From: Allocoleopsis franciscana PCC 7113
Lineage (GTDB): Bacteria; Cyanobacteriota; Cyanobacteriia; Cyanobacteriales; Coleofasciculaceae
Direction: 5' to 3'
Length of the DNA stretch: 64,000 nucleotides
NCBI RefSeq assembly: GCF_000317515.1
Contig: NC_019738.1
Span: forward strand, 1,681,623-1,745,622
Shown here one piece after another: positions 38,738 through 47,265 of this stretch (its first letter is position 1; every line of letters begins with the position of its first letter). A model generated the notes under the pieces. That model searched no databases and was not told the origin of the DNA. It was given only the letters and a program-made list of their open reading frames with translations. Made by a program: the position numbers and the translations under genes.

Positions 38738-41197
38738 TTGCATCACGAAAACTATCTGTACAAAAGCTGTGTTTGTGCTATTTTGGTATTTTTTTCTTAC
38801 CAGAAGCATCGTGAAAGAGAGGTTAACAAGGTCGTGTATCGCAATTACCTCCAAGCAGCCGCTCAAACTTGGACGAGAAAAGCACTCATTACCATCAATA
38901 GAGGCGGCAATTATTGGCGCAAACGAATCAATCGTTTGACCGCTTTCATCGCTGCTTTAATTTTAGCGATCGCATTGAGCTACTCTCCTCCAGCGCCAGC
39001 ACAATCTTCAGCAAATTTCCCTTGTACAAACACATTGTATGTGAGTCGTGGTCAAGCAGCAGATGTGAACGATCCGACTGAACTCAACACCGTAAACATC
39101 AACATCAATCCGTTTACCTTAGACCCGATTGCTGGTATTCCTATCAGTGCCAATATCCGCTACAACGCGATCGGTTTTAATTTTCAAGATGGATTGATTT
39201 ATGGCATCGATCCCGACACCCGGACTGTTTATCGGATTGCGCCCAATGGACTACCTACCTCACTCGGTGTTCCTGCGGGTTTACCTGGACAACCGATTTT
39301 GTATTTAGCCGGCGATGTCGATGTCAATGGCAACTACCTAGTCTTAAGCAGTAATCCGCAGAATCCACAGAACCAAACACTCTTTACGATTAATGTAGCA
39401 GGAGCGGCGGCGACATTAGTTGGTGCGGCGGTAACCCTATCACAACCCACTGAAATAGCCGACTTTGCTATCAATCCCAGAGATGGACAACTTTATGGCT
39501 TTGATACTATCTCAAGACAGATTGCTAGAATTAACCGCACGACGGGCGCGGTTACGTTCTTGCCTTCACTCAATCCCCAAATTGGTACAGTTGGGGGAGC
39601 CTTCTTTGATGCCTTTGGTCAGTTTTTCGCCTACGAAACGAGTGCCAGTAACAGTGCTTTTTACCTCGTCAATGTGGGTACTGTTGATGCTCCTGGTACG
39701 GGTCAATTTACTCTGCTGAGTACTACAAGAGGAGTAGTCAGAAATGATGGTGCCGCTTGTGCTTTTGCCCTACAAGTTGAGAAGAGTGCGTCACCTGAAA
39801 CAGTTCCTGCGGGGGGAACTGTTACCTACATCTATCGCATTGCCAACATCAGTCCGTTGACCTTGACGAACTTGAGGTTCAGGGACGAAATGCCAGATGG
39901 AAGGACATTCGTTGCGGACACGCTAAGGTTAACAGAAATTAGTGGCAGCACTCCCAACAACTATGGCAGTACTAACCTCTTGGAAATTACGGGTATTACG
40001 ATTCAAGCCAGAACCATTGCTCAAATCAGTGTGGATGTTCGGGTTCCGCCTAACACCCCCCCTGGCACAATTTTCAATCAATCTGAACTGTTTGGTCTTC
40101 CACCTACATTCGGCAATCCGACGCTTCTATCAGATTACATTCCTGTCGTGGGATTCCCTGACCCAACACCGTTGCAAGTTACAGCCAGTCCAGTTATTGG
40201 TGCGGCTAAGACAGTAGCCTCTGTGGTTGACTTGGGCAACGGCAATTTTCAATTCACTTACACCATCACCATCCAGAATTTGGGCAATGTTGACCTCAAC
40301 AATGTCCAAGTCACGGAAAATCTCTCCAATACCTTTGGTTCAACGCCGTTTACTGTCAATCGCGTTAGCACTCCGACGGGTAATCTTGCCCCCAATAACA
40401 ACTTCAATGGCATTAATGATACGAATCTGTTAACTGGTACAGATACACTAGCGATCGGCCAAACAAAAACCATTGAACTCGTTGTCACAATTACTCCTGG
40501 GAACAACCCCGGCCCCTATAACAACCAAGTGGAAGCCATCGCTGAAAGTCCTGTCGGCCCTACGAGTGACATTTCCACCGATGGTCTTAACCCCGATCCA
40601 GATGGTAACGGTAACCCTAACGATAACAGCAATTCGACCCCGCTAGATTTAGCGAACCCTCCAGGAACAGAGCCACGCTTGCGCTTGGTGAAGCGTATCA
40701 CCAATGCAACGCAAAGCGGTGTACCGATTAGCGGGATTAATTTCAATCTTGTTGTGAATGACCTCAAAGATATTAATGATGATGCTTCGGGATGGTCTCA
40801 ACTGCCTGGAGGGTTGTTAGGGGTGATCAACCTAGAATCAGAAATATCCTTACAAAGTGGAGACGAAGTCGAGTACACTATTTATTTCCTCTCCGATGGC
40901 TCCCAAGAGGTGAACAATGCTCGTCTTTGTGACCCCATTCCTGCGGGAACCACGTTTATCTTTGACCGTTTTGGCGGCGGTCGTGGAATTTTGTTAAATC
41001 AAAATGGCACACAGACTCCCCAAACGAATGCATCGGATACAGACCAGGGAACATTTGCCTCTCCTCTCACTCCCGTAACCTCTCCCTGTCCGAATACCAA
41101 CAATCCCAATGGCTCTGTGTTATTACAACTGGGAGATCTTCCCAACACGCCCCCAAGTAATGTCGGATTTGTTCGCTTTGCCGTCAAAATCGACTAA
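38738..41197 (+). CDS. cell-surface DUF11-repeat protein, tandem paralog 2
   Basis: Same architecture as the 35531..38371 product. Matching segments include YNAIGFNFQDGLIYGIDP, DGAACAFA, NLGNVDLNNVQVTENL and the C-terminal LRLVKRITN...LCDPIP...SPCPNTNN...VGFVRFAVKID. The nominal TTG start at 38738 is probably too far upstream; the signal segment is RLTAFIAALILAIALS. Confidence 0.65.
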   Translation: MHHENYLYKSCVCAILVFFSYQKHREREVNKVVYRNYLQAAAQTWTRKALITINRGGNYWRKRINRLTAFIAALILAIALSYSPPAPAQSSANFPCTNTLYVSRGQAADVNDPTELNTVNININPFTLDPIAGIPISANIRYNAIGFNFQDGLIYGIDPDTRTVYRIAPNGLPTSLGVPAGLPGQPILYLAGDVDVNGNYLVLSSNPQNPQNQTLFTINVAGAAATLVGAAVTLSQPTEIADFAINPRDGQLYGFDTISRQIARINRTTGAVTFLPSLNPQIGTVGGAFFDAFGQFFAYETSASNSAFYLVNVGTVDAPGTGQFTLLSTTRGVVRNDGAACAFALQVEKSASPETVPAGGTVTYIYRIANISPLTLTNLRFRDEMPDGRTFVADTLRLTEISGSTPNNYGSTNLLEITGITIQARTIAQISVDVRVPPNTPPGTIFNQSELFGLPPTFGNPTLLSDYIPVVGFPDPTPLQVTASPVIGAAKTVASVVDLGNGNFQFTYTITIQNLGNVDLNNVQVTENLSNTFGSTPFTVNRVSTPTGNLAPNNNFNGINDTNLLTGTDTLAIGQTKTIELVVTITPGNNPGPYNNQVEAIAESPVGPTSDISTDGLNPDPDGNGNPNDNSNSTPLDLANPPGTEPRLRLVKRITNATQSGVPISGINFNLVVNDLKDINDDASGWSQLPGGLLGVINLESEISLQSGDEVEYTIYFLSDGSQEVNNARLCDPIPAGTTFIFDRFGGGRGILLNQNGTQTPQTNASDTDQGTFASPLTPVTSPCPNTNNPNGSVLLQLGDLPNTPPSNVGFVRFAVKID

Positions 41198-41371
41198 TTC
41201 TCGTCTTGATACTGCCAGCATCAGCGAACATACTAGAGCATAGGTTCAGGAGTCACTGTCTGAAAGGAAAGCTGGGAGGAAAGGGGTGGGGGGATAGAGA
41301 AAATATGTTTTTAACTCTCTCCACTCACCCTTTCACCCTCATGACTCCAGCCCGATTTCAATGCAAAACGC

Positions 41372-41977
41372 GTGTACAGATACCTCTTGTTTTACAAACC
41401 CTACAACGTCTTAAGCCAGTTTACGGATCAGGACGCCAGTCAGCTCAACCGTGGCACTCTGAAAGATTACATTCCCATCCCTTCGGTTTACCCGGTGGGA
41501 CGACTTGATCGGGACAGCGAAGGACTGCTGCTATTAACCAATCATGGACGCTTGCAGCATCGACTTTCAGATCGACGATTTTGTCATCCTCGCACATACT
41601 GGGTACAGGTAGAGCGTATTCCGGATGAAGCGGCCTTGAACCAGTTACGTAGTGGTGTGGTCATTCAGGATTACCACACACGACCCGCTTTGGTGCAGCG
41701 ATTAGCCGAGGAACCCCTTCTACCCCCTCGTCAACCTCCGATACGCTTTCGTAAGACTGTGCCTACCTCTTGGCTAGAGATAACCTTAACGGAGGGGAGG
41801 AATCGACAGGTGCGGCGGATGACGGCGACGGTAGGGTTTCCCACATTGCGAATCGTTCGGATTGCGATCGGCGTCGCTGGTAAGAAGGACTTGACTCAAC
41901 TCCGTTTAGATGGTCTTGAGCCTGGTCAATGGCGTGACCTAACACCGACTGAACTGGAGGCTCTACAGCAGCTATGA
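41372..41977 (+). CDS. rRNA pseudouridine synthase, RsuA/RluE family
   Basis: GTG start. [14 protein letters not shown]...[16 protein letters not shown] (catalytic Asp motif) ...GRNRQVRRM, about 200 aa. Confidence 0.8.
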   Translation: MYRYLLFYKPYNVLSQFTDQDASQLNRGTLKDYIPIPSVYPVGRLDRDSEGLLLLTNHGRLQHRLSDRRFCHPRTYWVQVERIPDEAALNQLRSGVVIQDYHTRPALVQRLAEEPLLPPRQPPIRFRKTVPTSWLEITLTEGRNRQVRRMTATVGFPTLRIVRIAIGVAGKKDLTQLRLDGLEPGQWRDLTPTELEALQQL

Positions 41978-42146
41978 CGACTCAAGTTAGTCTTAGCTGG
42001 ATTGCTATCCGCTCACGCATAAGCTTCATCAGCTTAGGACTAGATTCCAAAAGCTGCAACCTTCGATTCTGACGTGGCAAACTAGATGGCAGTTAGCTTA
42101 TATACCAAACTTTAAAACCTCTGACAGGAAGTGAGGAAGTTCCCTT

Positions 42147-44447
42147 ATGTTAGTTTGTCCCAAGTGTCAGTTTGAAAACCCCAATACCAACAAATTTTGT
42201 CAAAGTTGTGGAACTTCCCTGATCCATAAAACTTGTCATGAGTGCGAAACCCAAGTACCCGTCAATGCTGAAACCTGTCACAATTGTGGTGCTTTCACGG
42301 GAACCGTTTGGAGGGCTATTCTCTCCAAAGATTCAAATTTTCTCATTGGTGGGAAGGATGAGCAAGCCTCTCCCATTGAGGCGTCAGAGTCCATCGCCAC
42401 TGATACCGACCCCGCCGAAGAACTACCGATAGAGGCACCTGTCGTTGATCAGGATGAGCGGCCTCAACCCGAAACTTTGACAATAACACCCCTCCCTGAT
42501 GCGGAATCGGCTTTACCGCCTCTAGAAAACGACCAAGAGGACGATAAGGACGATACTGTCCCTTTGACCACAGCAGAAGGTATTGAGGCCATTGCCGACG
42601 AGGAAGTTACACAGCCTCTCTCCACTTCGTCTCAGTCCAAGTTCACTCAGGAGGCGGCTAATGACACCTCTGATCAGGGCGAAGTCCGTTCACCAACTCC
42701 AACGGTTGTTTATCTGGATAAGCAACAGCGTTACCGACTGCTAGAACCTCAGAGTCTCAATTGGGCCACCACTGATGCAGAGCCGCGCTATGGCTTGTCT
42801 GTCAGAGTTTTAGATTGTCAGCCGTTTCAGAAGTCACCTTTAGAAGCTCTGCTGGAGCAACAACCCGGTGGTTCGGAGACGTTTGATATACGCCTGAGAT
42901 CGGCACCTACCTTGCCCACCGACCCCTGGAACGTTCGGGGGATTCCAGGAATTGCTCAACCGTATTTAGCTCTCAAAGCCTCGTACTACCAAACTCTGCC
43001 CGCCGTTCATGATGGATGGCAGCAGGCTGGAGAAGCGGTGGTCTTGCTAGAAGACCGCTCCGAGTGGCAGTTGCTCAGCGATCTGTGGGACAGCGAACAG
43101 CTTTCTACGTTGCAAATTTTATACTGGCTCGATGAAATGGCTAAACTTTGGCAGGCACTAGAACCCTGGCATTGTCGTCAAAGCCTGTTGGAAACGACGA
43201 ATTTACGGGTGGATGAAGACCAAGCCTTGGGTCTGGTTCGCTTGTATCCAGACCCGACAGAACAACCCCTGACCCTACAAGATTTAGGTCAAATGTGGCA
43301 ACGGCTATTTGACCAGTCCCAGCGGACGCAATATACGTCCTTAGCCGCCCTTTTCCAGCAGATGTGTACTCAGGAAATTGAAACAATTCAGGAACTGCGA
43401 TCGCGCTTGGAATCTATCGCCCGTCAACACGAAGCCATGACCTCCCAATTCGACCCAAACCCCAACTCTGATGACGCCGAGTCGGCTGATAGCTTAGCCG
43501 CCGATACACCCGTCGGAAGTGGACGCACCCAATCCCCCAGAATTCCTCACGAAGCTATGAGTAATAATGAAGGCGATGAGCTACCCACATTGATTTTGCC
43601 GATGCAGCTACTGAGTCTAGATGACGCGGGTTGCACGGATATCGGTCACCAACGGGAGCATAATGAGGACTCCTTTGGCATCCAGACCCTGATCCAGAAA
43701 GTGGAAAATCCCATGGGTCGGTCAGTACAGGCTCGTGGTTTATATATTCTCTGTGACGGAATGGGTGGTCATGCGTCTGGAGAAGTCGCCAGTAGCATGG
43801 CAGTTGAGGCCATCCGGCGCTACTTTCAAGAGCATTGGCAGGACGAGAAGTTGCCCAGCGAAGAAATTGTCCGCGAGGGAGTACATGTTGCCAACCAGGC
43901 CATTTACGAGGTCAACCAGAAAAATGCCCGATCTGGTAGCGGTCGTATGGGCACGACCCTAGTCATGATGTTGATTCAGAATACCAATGTGGCGATCGCT
44001 CATGTCGGGGATAGTCGCCTCTACCGCCTGACTCGCAAACGGGGTTTAGAGCAAATCACGGTTGATCACGAAGTCGCTCAACGAGAAATAACCATGCGTG
44101 GGGTAGACCCGGAAATTGCCTACAAGCGCCCCGACGCGAACCAACTTACTCAAGCCTTGGGTCCGCGCGATGAACAATTCGTCAATCCTGATGTACAGAT
44201 CTTGGAACTTAATGAAGATACATTATTTATGATGTGTTCCGACGGTCTGTCCGATAATGATCTTGTCGAGACTCACTGGCAGACGCACCTTGCCCCCTTA
44301 CTCAGCTCCCGCGCTAATCTCGATCAGGGTATTCTACAGTTAATTGAACTAGCGAACGAGGAGAATGGACACGATAACATTACAGCCATCCTGATTCGCG
44401 TGAAGGTGCGACCCAACTTTGAGCAACAGCAACTCCTTTATAAATAA
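42147..44447 (+). CDS. double zinc-ribbon plus PP2C-family Ser/Thr protein phosphatase
   Basis: N-terminal CPKCQFENPNTNKFCQSCG and CHECETQVPVNAETCHNCG. An acidic/Pro-rich linker. C-terminal PP2C motifs GHQREHNEDSF, LCDGMGGHASGEVAS, GTTLVMM, HVGDSRLY, CSDGLSD. Confidence 0.85.
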   Translation: MLVCPKCQFENPNTNKFCQSCGTSLIHKTCHECETQVPVNAETCHNCGAFTGTVWRAILSKDSNFLIGGKDEQASPIEASESIATDTDPAEELPIEAPVVDQDERPQPETLTITPLPDAESALPPLENDQEDDKDDTVPLTTAEGIEAIADEEVTQPLSTSSQSKFTQEAANDTSDQGEVRSPTPTVVYLDKQQRYRLLEPQSLNWATTDAEPRYGLSVRVLDCQPFQKSPLEALLEQQPGGSETFDIRLRSAPTLPTDPWNVRGIPGIAQPYLALKASYYQTLPAVHDGWQQAGEAVVLLEDRSEWQLLSDLWDSEQLSTLQILYWLDEMAKLWQALEPWHCRQSLLETTNLRVDEDQALGLVRLYPDPTEQPLTLQDLGQMWQRLFDQSQRTQYTSLAALFQQMCTQEIETIQELRSRLESIARQHEAMTSQFDPNPNSDDAESADSLAADTPVGSGRTQSPRIPHEAMSNNEGDELPTLILPMQLLSLDDAGCTDIGHQREHNEDSFGIQTLIQKVENPMGRSVQARGLYILCDGMGGHASGEVASSMAVEAIRRYFQEHWQDEKLPSEEIVREGVHVANQAIYEVNQKNARSGSGRMGTTLVMMLIQNTNVAIAHVGDSRLYRLTRKRGLEQITVDHEVAQREITMRGVDPEIAYKRPDANQLTQALGPRDEQFVNPDVQILELNEDTLFMMCSDGLSDNDLVETHWQTHLAPLLSSRANLDQGILQLIELANEENGHDNITAILIRVKVRPNFEQQQLLYK

Positions 44448-44510
44448 AATCAGCTAAAGGCAAAGGCCAGAAACCATCCCGACTTCTGCCTTTTTATTTT
44501 TTACCCAGAT

Positions 44511-45809
44511 ATGGTCACGCTGACCCTTTTACATCCCCAGGCATCCACCCCCCTGCAACAGTGGAATTTCCAGAGCCAATCCACCATTCGGATTGGTCGC
44601 TCTCCTGATAATGACATCATTCTCGACGACCCCTTGGTTTCACGGCATCACTTGGAACTCCGGGCAAGCTCTTCTGCATCGGGAAGCTTGTGGCAGCTGG
44701 TCAATCAGGGAACCAATGGCACCTTCCTGAACGGTGTACTGGTGTCACGAGGATTAGTGCCCGATGAGGCGTTGATTCAACTGGCACGAGAAGGCCCTTT
44801 ATTGAAATTCCAAATAGAGGAACCCACTGTCACGGGGAATGGCTCAAAAGGTGCCCCGCAGCATCTGCCAACTCTCCAGGGTCATGGGCAAGGGCTTACC
44901 CCTTTGAAGCATGACCCTTTACACCCCCCTCCCATTGAAGGCTGTACCCACCCAGGTAATCCGAAGACCAACTTGTTCTGTATGCATTGCGGTCAACCCT
45001 TGGTTGCCATCCTGCGAAGCATTCGGCAGTATCAGGTCTTGCGGACGTTGGGACAAGGGGGAATGGGCACGACTTATCTGGCTTGGGATAAACAGACGAG
45101 TGGTTACGGACGCCCTAGCTTGCTTGTCCTCAAGGAAATGAATGAGGACATGGCTCAAATTACTAAAGCCCAAGAACTGTTTGAACGAGAGGCTCGTACC
45201 TTGAAGACGCTATCGCATCCAGGGATTCCCAAGTATTACGACTTCTTTGTAGAAGAGGGTAAAAAATATCTGGCGATGGAGTTAATTCACGGTCAGGATT
45301 TGGAGCAACGTGTCTCGCACTCTGGCCCTGTCACGCCGAAACAGGCCATCGAGTGGATGATTCAAACCTGTGACATCCTTAGCTACATCCATTTCTGCCA
45401 ACCCCCCCTGATCCACCGAGATATTAAGCCGGCGAATCTAATGGTACGCCATCGCGATAATCGAATTGTTGTACTCGATTTTGGCGCGGTCAAAGAGAGT
45501 GGTACAGCTCACAGGACTCGCATTGGTGCTGAGGGCTACAGTGCTCCTGAACAAGACCGGGGGAATCCAGTCACGCAGTCTGATCTTTATGCCATTGGTC
45601 CGACGTTAATTTTTCTGCTCACGGGGGAAGCCCCCCTGAAATATTACCGCAAGCGCGGCTCCGGATATGGCTTTGACGTGTCAAATGTTCCGACCATCAC
45701 GCCCCATCTACGGAATGTGATTGATCGAGTCTGTGAACCGAAAGTGCGCGATCGCTATCAAACCGCTGAAGAACTAGCCCAAGCTTTAGCTGCTGCCCAG
45801 TTGAGCTGA
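44511..45809 (+). CDS. FHA-domain plus Ser/Thr protein kinase
   Basis: FHA region IRIGRSPDNDIILDDPLVSRHHLEL...NGTFLNG. Hanks kinase region LGQGGMGTTYLA, HRDIKPANLMV, DFGAVKE, APE. Confidence 0.85.
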   Translation: MVTLTLLHPQASTPLQQWNFQSQSTIRIGRSPDNDIILDDPLVSRHHLELRASSSASGSLWQLVNQGTNGTFLNGVLVSRGLVPDEALIQLAREGPLLKFQIEEPTVTGNGSKGAPQHLPTLQGHGQGLTPLKHDPLHPPPIEGCTHPGNPKTNLFCMHCGQPLVAILRSIRQYQVLRTLGQGGMGTTYLAWDKQTSGYGRPSLLVLKEMNEDMAQITKAQELFEREARTLKTLSHPGIPKYYDFFVEEGKKYLAMELIHGQDLEQRVSHSGPVTPKQAIEWMIQTCDILSYIHFCQPPLIHRDIKPANLMVRHRDNRIVVLDFGAVKESGTAHRTRIGAEGYSAPEQDRGNPVTQSDLYAIGPTLIFLLTGEAPLKYYRKRGSGYGFDVSNVPTITPHLRNVIDRVCEPKVRDRYQTAEELAQALAAAQLS

Positions 45810-45873
45810 GCGTCCCATTTAGCTAAAAGGTGGAACGTTGTGCATGAAACTTCCACCTAACTTCGTCACGTCT

Positions 45874-46092
45874 TTATTCTTCATCCCAGGCTTCCACCGC
45901 CAGTAAGTCTCCAATTGGATCTTGCATGGTGAAGCCAAATTCTAGGAGCTCTTTCTTCCAGTAAGACCATTCATCTCCATACAGCAGGGCGATTTTCCAC
46001 AGGCTGTCGTTGGGCTTTATTATCTTGGATTCCACCAGAGAATGCACCTGACGCTGAAACTTCACCATTGGGTGAGTAACTTGCTGAGTCAT
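45874..46092 (-). CDS. small hypothetical protein, weakly LysM-like
   Basis: The 73-aa version starts at MTQQVTHPMVKF. The segment IKPNDSLWKIALLYGDEWSYWKKELLEFGF looks like a LysM core. The ORF-track N-extension up to 46233 is low-complexity and probably not coding. Confidence 0.35.
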   Translation of the reverse strand: MTQQVTHPMVKFQRQVHSLVESKIIKPNDSLWKIALLYGDEWSYWKKELLEFGFTMQDPIGDLLAVEAWDEE

Positions 46093-47265
46093 ACTTTCAA
46101 TTAATTTGAAATTACTTTTGCAAATGCTTGAACTATAATGCTTCCTGATTTGGCTATTGCGCCGGTTCGTAGAGTCTTGTACGGCCAAGAAGCAATCATA
46201 TACTCTTGTAGCGTATCTAGGGTAGAAGTGCAAGTTTTTTTGGCAAGGTGTACGGTAATTACTACCATCTGCCCTGAATGGCTGTGTTCCGCCTGTCTGG
46301 ACATACAGTTGGACTCTCCTCTCCTTTGACTTGCACCCGCTCCACGCGACCGAGAACCGTTACAGAACTCACCCCGATCCAGTTTTCTGGAAGTACCAGC
46401 GCTGTCCGGAAGAGACCTAGTCGCACCAACTTGTGCTAGGGTTGAAGCCAGGTGACAGAACTCAGTACCCAATCTTCAGATTGGGCAGGGTTGGATCACT
46501 GACTCCATCAATGGGTTTTTCGTCTTTCACAATAGCGAAATTGTACGCGCTTGTTCTCCACCTTACGCTAGACTCCCTTGTTGCCCAACTCAAGTGTTGA
46601 ACAATACAACAAGAAGCGTTGAGGAGATTGACACAATAGCAACCCCAGCCGTCTGCCTTATTAACTTCCACCATTCAGACTACCGCCAAACCTATGTTTA
46701 ACGAAAGACGACTGGTTGAATAGGCTAAGCTGAATGTGACTAGAGCCTACACGCTCTGACCACTAGGGTAGTTATATAGTATTTGTACTCAAAAAGTCAA
46801 AAAGTTAGATGGTGTGTTTAAATAGCGTAAAATGCGTTATTTACGTCTCCTGTTCTTGGAAGGAAGCCTTTTTCTAAGGCTTGAAAACTTTTCATTTCCT
46901 AAAATTGCCGTTTTGTCAAGGAACCAATTGACCTGACTCAGTTAGGTAATAAGCCTTGAGAACCAGTAGGCTATTGGGAATCAAACGTCAATAATTTCAG
47001 AGAATAACTTATTTCACGGAAGGACAGCCTAAAGCTCTGGCTCTAAGATTCATAAGTTTAGTCTTTCAAGTAAACTCCATGCTCATTGCCCAATCTCCAA
47101 AGTAGGGAAAGCCTGAAAATTGCTAAAAATTAATTTAGGTGATCGGTGGACTTCACCCAAGCTTTATAGTTTTCTTGAAGAATATAAACATATATAAAAA
47201 ATGAGTAAAGTAAGCCTCTATCAATTAGCAGATTTTCAAAAGTGTATATTATGATGTAAACAATT

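Noticed and set aside
45874-46233. Full 119-aa version of the minus-strand ORF
   Set aside because: The N-terminal 47 residues are low-complexity (S/R/N-rich) and overlap an AT-rich promoter-like stretch. The shorter 73-aa form from the internal ATG is more plausible.
46380-46420. GUCCGGAAG-like motif that could hint at SRP (4.5S) RNA
   Set aside because: The flanking sequence lacks the conserved domain IV helix context (GGUGCUGUUUACC...AGCAGCC). Only a 9-nt partial match.
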